Source: Mesotaenium endlicherianum (taxonomy: Eukaryota). Taken from it: a stretch of 64,000 nucleotides of DNA. This document shows, in pieces, positions 22,430 through 32,760 of this stretch; the first letter of the stretch is position 1; every line of letters starts with the position of its first letter. A model generated the notes under the pieces. That model was not told where the DNA came from, did no database searches, and saw only the letters and a list, made by a program, of their open reading frames with translations. Both the position numbers and the translations under genes were made by a program. Location: assembly GCA_009602735.1 (NCBI GenBank), contig WELA01003638.1:200925-264924 (forward strand). Direction: 5' to 3'.

Positions 22430-22855
22430 CTTTGACTCTCTCTCTCTCTATCCCTTTCTCTCCCTCTCTCCCTCCCTCTCTTTCCCCCCCCCCNNNNNNN
22501 NNNNNNNNNNNNNNNNNNNNNNNNNNNNNNNNNNNNNNNNNNNNNNNNNNNNNNNNNNNNNNNNNNNNNNNNNNNNNNNNNNNNNNNNNNNNNNNNNNNN
22601 NNNNNNNNNNNNNNNNNNNNNNNNNNNNNNNNNNNNNNNNNNNNNNNNNNNNNNNNNNNNNNNNNNNNNNNNNNNNNNNNNNNNNNNNNNNNNNNNNNNN
22701 NNNNNNNNNNNNNNNNNNNNNNNNNNNNNNNNNNNNNNNNNNNNNNNNNNNNNNNNNNNNNNNNNNNNNNNNNNNNNNNNNNNNNNNNNNNNNNNNNNNN
22801 NNNNNNNNNNNNNNNNNNNNNNNNNNNNNNNNNNNNNNNNNNNNNNNNNNNNNNN

Positions 22856-22892
<37 letters not shown>
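22430..22892. repeat. (CT)n microsatellite flanking an assembly gap
   Basis: CT runs on both sides of Ns at 22494-22854. Confidence 0.9.
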
Positions 22893-22895
<3 letters not shown>

Positions 22896-23081
22896 GTTGC
22901 AATCAGCAGGTTGCTGCAATCAGCAGCCCTGTTGAACAAGTGACCTCATAAAAAGGGGGTGGCGGTGTGGGGATTTGGGTGGGGTCGTGTGTGCGCAAGC
23001 CCGAGAGGCGGCAGCGCATACGATTCCGAGGGGCTGCTGTTGTCCAATGTGCGTCCTCCTACTCGTCTTGGTCGCACTTGC

Positions 23082-23200
23082 TGCCCCATCAGGTTGGCCA
23101 GCTGTACGGCCAGGTGCACGAACACGTGCAGTTGCTGCTGCAGGTGCATGCCCTGAGCGCGGCAGAGGCGCCCCTGCAGGACGTGGCGCGCTCTTGCCGC
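23082..23200 (+). pseudogene. Isolated fragment resembling the GON-4/GON4L/DUO3 conserved block
   Basis: PHQVGQLYGQVHEHVQLLLQVHAL resembles, from memory, the plant DUO3 motif PHQIGQLHCLIHEHVQLLIQV. No other exons were recognised. Confidence 0.45.
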
Positions 23201-23854
23201 CCTCCGCCAGCAGCTGGAGGGCGCGCCCCTTAGCAAACGGGGGTGGGGATGGGGGTGGTGGTGGCAGGGAGGTGGGACGGGGTAGTGTGGGTGCAGGACC
23301 AGAAAGGGATCTAAGCAACGAGCGCGCGAGCGCCGATGAAAGGGGCAAAGTGCCCTAGTGGAAGCGTAGTGACTCACGAGGAAGGGAACTAGTTGCCATC
23401 ATACTAGAGAGTGCAGCGGCATATCACTAACAAAGCTTAGGAAAAATACTCAACATTTTGAGTAGCAAGAAACTGCTCACAAATGATGTAGGATGAAAGG
23501 CCTTGTCATTACAAACCCGTAGAAATTTACAGAAGTGAAAACTGATAAGAAACAAAGAAGTTATGCCTATTTATAAATTTCTGCCTAAGTGCTCCCCTCT
23601 AGGAGGAAGCTACGGATTTTCCTAACGGGCCAGATCGCTCGACGCTGTCGGTCAATTTGACGGTCGCGCTCACCGCGAATTAAGGACAGTCGTCAACCGA
23701 CCTCAAAACTAATTAAACTTTGGAAACCCGTAACTCTCTCAATACTTGACCAAATTCGATGAACTTTATATCAAAATGAACACAAAAATGCACTCTACAT
23801 GAATGAACAATCAAAACATAATATTATGAAACTCAAAAAATGCACTTTATAAAC

Positions 23855-26800
23855 CTATGACCTTACATCATCCCCCTCCTTAAGATGCGACGTCCTCGAC
23901 GCATTCTGCAGATAACGTCTCAACTTACTCTTACAATGAGTCAAGTTGGCCTCTGGCTCCCAAGTGTTGTCGTCCGCATGGTAGCCTTTCCACTTGACCA
24001 GATACTCTTGGGCAAATCGTTGACCTCGCTTGAATCGTCGATCGCCGACAATCGCCTCCACTTCATACTCCAATACATCATCGATCTCGACCGGTGGTGG
24101 CGGTGTAGGTAGTCGTCCTGGATGTCCTTCATTCGGGTCAACGTATGGCCGTAGACAACTGACATGGAACACATCATGGATACGCCAGCCTGAAGGAAGT
24201 TCCAACTTGTAGGCCACTGGATTCACCTGCTTGAGCACCACAAAGGGACCTGTAAACCGTGCCCGCAGTTTCCTCTTGCCTGTGAAAGGTAGGTTCTCTG
24301 TGGACAAGAGTACTTTGTCGCCCACATGGAATGTCACTTCCCTCCTGTGCTTGTTAGCATGCTTGACCTGCTCTTCCTGTGCCTTCCGAATACACGTCTT
24401 TGCCATATCCCAAGTCTTGGCCATCTGCTCCATAAAAGCTTGTGTAGTAGGAACCTGAGTTCTTGGTCTTCTCCAACAAGATGTTCCCTGGATGATATAC
24501 TTCTCGCCCATAAACCATAGCGAATGGTGACTGCTTGGTCGATCCCTGCATGCTGTTGTTGTAGGCAAACTCCAACCCTGGTAGCTTCTTGTCCCACTCT
24601 GAAGGGTCTTCCATAGTGAAACTCCTGAGCACCTCTTGCAGAGTTCTGTTGAGCCTCTCACTCTGCCCATCTGTCTGAGGGTGATAGGAAGTGCTCATAC
24701 TCAACTTGGTCCCCATCAAAGTAAACAATGACCGCCAAAAGTTGCTAGTNCATCAAAGTAAACAACGACCGCCATAAGTTGCTAGTAAACCTTGAATCCC
24801 GATCTGAAACAATCACCTTCGGCAACCCATGTAGCTTGAAAATATGATCAAAGAATAGCCGTGCCACATCCGCTGCCGTAGAGGTTTCCTTCATGGGAAT
24901 GAAGTGAGCCATCTTGCTGAGTCTGTCAGACACTACCCATATTGCATCGTGCCCTTGACCACTCACTGGAAACGATGTGATGAAGTCCATAGCAATCTGC
25001 TCCCAAGGATACTCTGGAATAGGCAGGGGCCGCAATGTACCTCCCTTCTTTTGATTTGGTGTCTTGTTTCTCTGGCACGCATCGCAACTCCTGATCCACT
25101 CCTCGATGTCCTTGTCCATATTTCTCCAGTAGTATTTCCGCTTCAGCACGCTTGCCGTCTTCTCGCTTCCAAAGTGTCCAGCATATAAGCAGTCATGATG
25201 CTCCGCAAGTAGTAAGTCTCGTAGCTCCTTGATGTCAGGTACCACCACTCTCTTGGAATCACCATAATACCATATGCCGTCCTTCTTCTGCATACTCGAG
25301 TTGGACTCAGCTGCTCCACCATCAGCAAACTCTGGGTCCTCCTCATAACCTCTTTGAAGCTTCTCCTTGAAGTCCATATTCTCCTTGATGACTGAGACAG
25401 CTGCAAGGTCACACCTCCTGGATAAAGCGTCTGCAGGGTTGATCTTCCCAGGTAAGTACTCAATCTTGTGGTCGAACTGTTGCAGAAACTCCATCCACCT
25501 TGCCTGTCTTGGTGTCAACGTTGGCTGCGTCATAAACTTCTCCAAGCTCTTGTGGTCGGTCTTGATGAACACCTTCCGGCCGTCCACATAACATCGCCAA
25601 ATCCTCAAAGCCTGGATAATAGCCAACATCTCTCGCTCGTGTGCTGCATAGTTCTGCTCAGCAGGACTCAACTTCCTGCTCTCATATGCCACAGGCTGCA
25701 ATCCTTTGCCCTGGTCCTGGAGAAGAATGGCTCCCACTGCGAAATTTGATGCGTCCGTGATGATGGTGAAAGGAAGCTCTGGACTTGCAATTGCCAACAC
25801 AGGTGCCTGTGTCAACAGCTCCTTAATCTTCTCAAATGCTTGCTGCTCCTTGTCACCCCATAGCCACTTCTCCTGCTTCTTCAACATGTCCGTGAGCGGT
25901 GCACACACCTTGGCAAATCCTTCAATGAAACGTCGGTAATAATTTGCCATGCCGAGGAAACTCCTAAGTTGATGAATATCAGCAGGCACCGGCCAATCTT
26001 CAACTGCTTGCACCTTCTTCTGCTCCACCTTGACTCCTTCAGCTCCCACTATATGTCCTAGAAACTCGACCTCCTTGAGACGGAAGTTGCACTTGCTCAT
26101 CTTCCCATATAATTTCTGATCTCTCAAGACCTCCAACACCTTCCTCAGATGCTCCACATGCTCTTCCAAGGTCTTCGAATCGATCAGGATGTCGTCCAAA
26201 AATACCACCACAAACTGGTCCAAGTAGGGTCTGAAGATACTATTCATGAGTCCCATGAATGTAGCAGGTGCATTAGTCAATCCAAAAGGCATGACTGCGA
26301 ACTCGAACAAACCATAGCGAGTCCTGAAAGCAGTCTTCTGAACGTCTCCTTCTGCAATCCGTACCTGGTGATAGCCACTCCTCGCTTCGATCTTCCAGAA
26401 ATACTTCGCCGAGTGGAAGTGGGTACCTGTTCTTGATGGTGACCTTGTTGAGTGCCCGGTAGTCGACACACATCCTCATAGTCCCATCCTTCTTCTTCAC
26501 AAATAAGACTGGCGCTGCAAATGGAGACTCGCTGGGTCGGATGAATCCCTTCTCCCAACAACTCCGTCAGCTGCTTCTTCAACTCATCCAACTCTGCAAA
26601 CGATTGTCGATAGGCGGGTCTCACTGGTGGCTTGCTCTCTGGTTCCAACTCAATCTTGTGCTCCATAGCTCTCTGTGGAGGTAATCCTGCAGGTAGTTCC
26701 TCAGGAAATACGCACTTGAACTCCTCCAACAGCGCCTTAATTTGGACAGGCATCTCAGCAGGCTCCTTCTCTTGAGGAGTTGGGCTCTGCTCCTTCTGAG

Positions 26801-27482
26801 CAAGGGGATCAGACACCACTACTTGCTCCTCCGGCGATGTACATTTGCCTAGGCTGTTAGGATTCACGCTTGTTCCATCTGATGACCTGGCCAGGGCCAC
26901 CAAAACAAGGTACATCTCCTTCACCTGATTCGCCCTGCATAGCTTCTTAACTTGCAGGCTCGATAGAAGACAGTTACTTGTGGTCGTATCTACCTCCACC
27001 TGTTTCGCTGTCTCCATTCGACCATCACGCCCTTGGACTTTCACTTGTCCTGTGCTCCAGTGCACTTGAGGGTTGGCTTTTCTTAGCCATGGACGGCCCA
27101 ATATCACCTCATGGTGATCTAAGTCTGCCTGCTCCATGACTTCCTGACTCTGGTGCCTCGCTACTTCCACGTGAAGAGCTTCCGTAGGTGCACCACACTT
27201 GAGTCTCTGCCCATTCGCCAAAATTGCCTCCTTAGGCTCATAATGCTTCTGCACAGGGATTCGCCACTGTTCCACCAGCTTCTTGTGCACAAAGTTTGCA
27301 CTTGCGCCACTGTCGACCATACACTTCGCATTATTGCCGTCGACCACTCCTTCCACGATGATAGGCTTGTCAGCGTCTCGTCCTTTGCTTCTCGGCAGGC
27401 TCTTGGAGATAACCTCCTTGTGAGTTCTCGTCTTCACGCCAGTAGACACCCCAGATCGACTTATTGGCGTCCTCCTTTTCCC
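23855..27482 (-). pseudogene. Family B pol (PR-RT-RH-IN-chromodomain) with frameshifts
   Basis: MVDSGASANF, FLDD, TDASNFA, HHCC, DFIT/DRDSRF/QSE integrase core, chromodomain EYEVEAIV..YLVKWKGY..NTWEPEANL. Frameshifts near 26545, 26415 and ~24500. Confidence 0.93.
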
Positions 27483-28492
27483 TGCTGTTGAGGTTGCTTT
27501 GCCTTCACATGACAGTGTCGAGCCAGATGTCCAAGCTTGCCGCAACTATAGCAGGGTTCTCTCGGCTTGAAATTCTGCTGCTTGCGCTGGTAGTGCACAA
27601 GTCCCAACTCCATGGGTACTGGACCTTGAACACTTGTGCTTGGCGCTTGAGATCCGAAGTGTCGATATCCTCCAAAGTTGTGGCTGCCCCACTGCCTCTG
27701 ACTATACTCCACAGCGTCGACCCTTGTTGCCAATGCCATCATTTCTCCAAGACTGGTAGGGTCCTTGAGCGCCACTTCCTTGGCCACAGTTGGCTTGAGT
27801 CCCCTCTTGAACTTGTCCATCATCTCCGACTCGTGCATGGATGGACATTGAAGCACCAGCTCGTTGAAGCGCGATACATACTCTTGAACGCTTGCTCGTT
27901 GACGAAGGCGCACCAATAGATCTCGAGCGGTAGCCTCGGGTGCAATAGGTTGAAATTGCCTCTTCAAGCCTTCAAATAGCTGATCAACAGTAGCAGGAAC
28001 TCCAGACAGCTGCTCTTCTTGTTCATACCAAGCTCCAGCACTCTTCTGCAGCAAGGTTATGACAAAGGCGACTTGCCTGTCGGGCGTAAGCGCAGAATAC
28101 TCCATAAACTTCTTCACTCCAAAAATCCACTGATGAACAGGCGGCGATCCACGCTCTCCAGTATAAACTTCAGGCTTAGGCGCACGCACTCCTGATGCGG
28201 GTAGAATAACTGGTTGCACCACTGGGTTAACATGAATTGGTGGTACAACGGGTGCAGGTGCCGAACTCGTCGAAGCGGCGTTCCCCATAACAATTAGCAC
28301 CATTCTCTCCACCTCCGCGCGCATATTTTGTTGAAACTGGGTGTAGACTCCTCCTCCAATTGCATTCGCCATTTGTCTTAGCATCGCCTGCATCTCTTGT
28401 TGCTCTCTGGTCATTGTTGGTGCTGCCTGCTGCCCCGCGCGCTCAACATGCTCGACATGTTCGCCTCCTCCAGCTGCCGGCTGCGACTCCAT
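27461..28492 (-). CDS. Family B gag (343 aa, open)
   Basis: Retrotransposon capsid-like region (APKPEVYTG, LRQRASVQEYVSRF), PVPMELG, zinc knuckle CYSCGKLGHLARHC. Confidence 0.9.
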   Translation of the reverse strand: MESQPAAGGGEHVEHVERAGQQAAPTMTREQQEMQAMLRQMANAIGGGVYTQFQQNMRAEVERMVLIVMGNAASTSSAPAPVVPPIHVNPVVQPVILPASGVRAPKPEVYTGERGSPPVHQWIFGVKKFMEYSALTPDRQVAFVITLLQKSAGAWYEQEEQLSGVPATVDQLFEGLKRQFQPIAPEATARDLLVRLRQRASVQEYVSRFNELVLQCPSMHESEMMDKFKRGLKPTVAKEVALKDPTSLGEMMALATRVDAVEYSQRQWGSHNFGGYRHFGSQAPSTSVQGPVPMELGLVHYQRKQQNFKPREPCYSCGKLGHLARHCHVKAKQPQQQGKGGRQ

Positions 28493-29736
28493 AATATAAT
28501 ATGCAAACTAGTCCTGCTCCGATACCAGATGAAAGAGGCAAAGTGCCCTAGTGGAAGCGTAGTGACTCACGAGGAAAGGAACTAGTTGCCATCATACTAG
28601 AGAGTGCAGCGGCATATCACTAACAAAGCTTAGGAACAATACTCAACATTTGAGTAGCAAGAAACTGCTCACAAATGATGTAGGATTAAAGGCCTTGTCA
28701 TTGCAAACTCGTAGAAATTTACAAAAGTGAAAACTGATAAGAAACAAAGAAGTTATGCCTATTTATAACTTTCTGCCTAAGTGCTCCTCCCTAGGAGGAA
28801 GCTACGGATTTTCCTAAGTGTTCGTCAAATCGTCCCTTCTAGAATATTCGTGAGTAAGCCAGATCAGTCTAATCTGACGTGCCGGGCCAAATTGACGTCC
28901 ACATACATGCATCGACATTACTAGAATATTCTATCTTAGACGCGCTAGGCTAAACCGAAACTTCTAGGTAAATCGACCTAGTGGGCACTTCGCGTCAGCC
29001 GACCTTACGTGAAGGTTCGAGTTCATTCTAACGGGCCAGATCGCTCGACGCTGTCGGTCAATCCGACGGTCGCGCTCATCGCGAATTCAGGACTGTCGTC
29101 AACCGACCTCAAACTTAATTAAACTTTGGAAATCCATAACTCTCTCAATACTTGACCAAATTCGATGAACTTTATATCAAAATGACCACAAAAATGCACT
29201 CTACANNNNNNNNNNNNNNNNNNNNNNNNNNNNNNNNNNNNNNNNNNNNNNNNNNNNNNNNNNNNNNNNNNNNNNNNNNNNNNNNNNNNNNNNNNNNNNN
29301 NNNNNNNNNNNNNNNNNNNNNNNNNNNNNNNNNNNNNNNNNNNNNNNNNNNNNNNNNNNNNNNNNNNNNNNNNNNNNNNNNNNNNNNNNNNNNNNNNNNN
29401 NNNNNNNNNNNNNNNNNNNNNNNNNNNNNNNNNNNNNNNNNNNNNNNNNNNNNNNNNNNNNNNNNNNNNNNNNNNNNNNNNNNNNNNNNNNNNNNNNNNN
29501 NNNNNNNNNNNNNNNNNNNNNNNNNNNNNNNNNNNNNNNNNNNNNNNNNNNNNNNNNNNNNNNNNNNNNNNNNNNNNNNNNNNNNNNNNNNNNNNNNNNN
29601 NNNNNNNNNNNNNNNNNNNNNNNNNNNNNNNNNNNNNNNNNNNNNNNNNNNNNNNNNNNNNNNNNNNNNNNNNNNNNNNNNNNNNNNNNNNNNNNNNNNN
29701 NNNNNNNNNNNNNNNNNNNNNNNNNNNNNNNNNNNN

Positions 29737-29793
<57 letters not shown>

Positions 29794-30086
29794 TCTCTCT
29801 CTCTCTCCATTTCTTCCACTTCCCTCTTTCCCTCTTTCCCTCTCTTTCCATCTCTCCCTCTCTCTTTCCATCTCTTTCCGCCTCCCACCCCTCCCTCTCT
29901 CCCTCTCCATTCCTTCCTCTTCCCTCTTTCCCTCTCATCCTCTCTTTCCCTCTTTCCCTCTCTCCCTCTCTTTCCTTCTCTCCCTCTCTCCCTCTCTCTC
30001 TCTCTCTCTCCCTCTCTCTCTCTCTCTTTCCCTCTCTCCCTCTCTTTCCTTCTCTCCCTCTCTCCCTCTCTCGCTCTCTCTCTCAC
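29737..30086. repeat. CT-rich microsatellite / polypyrimidine tract
   Basis: Almost purely C/T sequence after the N gap. Confidence 0.9.
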
Positions 30087-31149
30087 ATAAGAGTTTGCAT
30101 GCACTTGCGTGCGTGCGCTCTGCTCTTTCTACTTCTGTCTATTCACGTGTGCGCGGCGGGCTGATGGCGCAGGTGACCACGACGGCGGACGCGCTGGGGC
30201 AGGTGTATGGGGTGCTGGGCAAGCGGCTCTCTCTTGCACCTCCTTTCTCCCTGTGCATGCGCACGCGTGTGGTTGCATGCTCACAATATGTGCGTGCGTG
30301 GATGGGATGGCAGGCGTGGGCCAAAAGTCATTTGCGGCGGGTCGGTCAACTCGTGGCAGTGTGTGCTGACCTGTTGCTGGCTGGCTGTCCGTGTGTGCCC
30401 TCGCGCTCTTTCTCTTCTCTCTCCTTTTCCTTTCCATGTCCCTCTCTCTCTCTCCACCCTGACGTGTCTATCCCTCTTTGAGTGGTGCTTTGAACTGTAA
30501 GTCTTTGTTTTTTTCAACGGACGATTTACATTATGTGTTTATTTTTGCAGGGAGAATGAGGCGAATGAGAGGTGGTAGAGGCACTTTCACGAGGTGGTTG
30601 CATCCCCTGTGGCTGGATAATGAGCTCATAGACACTAGGATGTAGGACAGACTTGGTTACTGTCATGCTTGTGAGGTAGAGCTTAGCTCTTACATTTTTA
30701 TTAGGTGGCTATAGAGGTGCAAAGTAAATTAATATTGGGATTTAATATATTTATGTAGGGGTTTAATGTCTTTACCAAGTTTATCAATATAAATATGATT
30801 TTATATTGGAAGCTCCAAATTGGCATGCACGTGAATTGCCATTCATAATGAGGTCAAAACCCACCTGGGTTTAAAGGTCGAAAAACCCACCTTGTTGAAA
30901 GGTGGGATTACCCACTTATTTCATGGTTGGTAAAACATTTCCGAGAGAAAGTAGGTTTTCCTACTTTTGGCTACGGGATGCTGCTAGAAAAAGTACAGAT
31001 TATTTTCGACCTCTAAAAAAAGTACGAAACGACATACCGGCCTTACTTAACGGCCTCAAAACAGCCGTTTTCCCCCTTGCCCATTCTCAGGGTGTAGGCT
31101 AGCTAGCCAACAAGGTGACACAATCCACGACCTTGTCTAGTCTACCTTA

Positions 31150-31457
31150 CATGTGTAGCACCTGACTTGAAGCCGTTGACTAGTTTATTTTACATGTGTG
31201 GCACCTGACTTGAAGCCTTTGACTAGTCTTCTCCACGTGTGTAAGACCCGACTTGACGCGCCGAGACGTCGCTTTTTCAAGCGGGGGAGTGATGTAGTAA
31301 TATAAGGTAGAGTACGTTACTTTGTATATCTTAATACTTTTGAATATGTTTAAAATAATTTTGTGTGAATTCAAGTGTGAATTGATACTCCAGTGATTTG
31401 GTTCATATCCTTTGAATCTTCTAAGGCAGGTTCATATCCTTTGAATCTTCTAAGGCA
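31150..31457. repeat. Small tandem repeats (about three degenerate 43-bp units; two 29-bp units)
   Basis: ATGTGT(A/G)GCACCTGACTTGAAGCC repeated at 31151 and 31194 with a third degenerate copy; GGTTCATATCCTTTGAATCTTCTAAGGCA x2 at 31400-31457. Confidence 0.75.
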
Positions 31458-32760
31458 TTTTAGTATTAGAAGAAGAACCCAGAATAACTTCATGTGGCAA
31501 CTATGCCATTTTTAGGTCAAAAGGATACATGTACATTATTCTAGCAACTTATCAAAATAATATCTTATATTTCACAAATGTACAAGATTTAATTTGATAA
31601 GTGCAACACCTATCACGAAATCACTTCAAATGAAGCGACCAATTTGCGCAAAGTATGCGCCAGCTCAGATGCTACTGTAACTGCGTATACGAGTCTCTCA
31701 ACAACTCCGACTTCCTCATCACGCGAGCAAGACTCAGCTTTATTGCACTTAGAGCCCACCTAGCCCACCCGTAGCTACGACGGCACACAGAAACCTTAAT
31801 AACAAAGTTTACAATAGCTTTCTTTTTGGGGGTCCAAAAAGAAGGTACATCAGCCCGCATAACGAAGTGGATGTACAACCTCTCGCACGAGCATATGGAT
31901 ATATAATAGATTCTCGAAGCACAGGTAGGATTATGCCAGCACAATATATGACACATACGTTAACATTGCAGGAGATGCAGTAGCCTTACAAGCTTACTTA
32001 GTTAGCAGAATTGGCGCGTAACATACTACGTGTAATATTGCGTTCTACGCGTAATATTGCGTTCTACTCCTTCTCGTTCTCGCTTCTTGTAATGACAAAA
32101 TCATCTTGCCTAAAGAGAACTTATCAAATCGCGTTTGATGCGATGGTCAGACGCAATCGGGAAAACCCGTCATAAATTTGAGGAGAAAGCAGGAGAAAGT
32201 GGGGGAGGTGGGGGAAACAAGATTGGAGGTCACGGAATTTCGGGACTACATTCCCAGTTAGTATGCGTTTGGTGCCGCGTGGCCTGTCAGAGGTCCTCGC
32301 AATCAGGGTCTTCCTTTCCGTTGTGGACAGTCTACAGCCCAGCGACTCCCCGGAGCTCTGCGACAACCATCTTCTCCAACTAGATTTTATCACGGAACGT
32401 GACTGAACTGGACTGAACGACTAGTATTTGCCTGTCGGTGTCTAGGTTGCGCGGCAAATGTGTCGCATGTTGGTCATCAATTCCTTCGTGGGCCTACCCT
32501 TGGACGCTCAATCTGGCTCAAGCTTCATGGCCTTCGTTAACTCTGAGTAAGCAGCCCAGGCATAAGCAGCCCAGGCATGGTAGATGAGTGACCCGGTCCC
32601 GTCATGCTTCCATCCATGTTGACCCATATCCGCTGTGCAGGACCGATGAGCTAAGAAGTGTGTGCTCAAAGCCGCTCCCTCGAAAACCCCCCAGCCCGTG
32701 CTGCTTTCTAAGAGTCGTATGTTACACCAGTAAGAAGTGCGTCTCTTGGCCCGAGCCGAG

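Larger units (their letters stand above)
23337..29205 (-). mobile_element. Ty3/gypsy chromovirus-like LTR retrotransposon, family B (5' LTR runs into N gap)
   Basis: 3' LTR 23337-23867, PPT AAGGAGGGGGATGA 23868-23884, PBS TGGTATCGGAGC 28516-28527, 5' LTR from 28530. Confidence 0.95.

Noticed and set aside
24714..24787. 36-bp duplication in B integrase
   Set aside because: The copies are separated by a single N, so this is a scaffold overlap artefact; the two halves could even come from different copies.
31660..31730. C/D-box snoRNA-like GTGATGA...CTGA on the minus strand
   Set aside because: The terminal stem is weak and there is no convincing rRNA guide.
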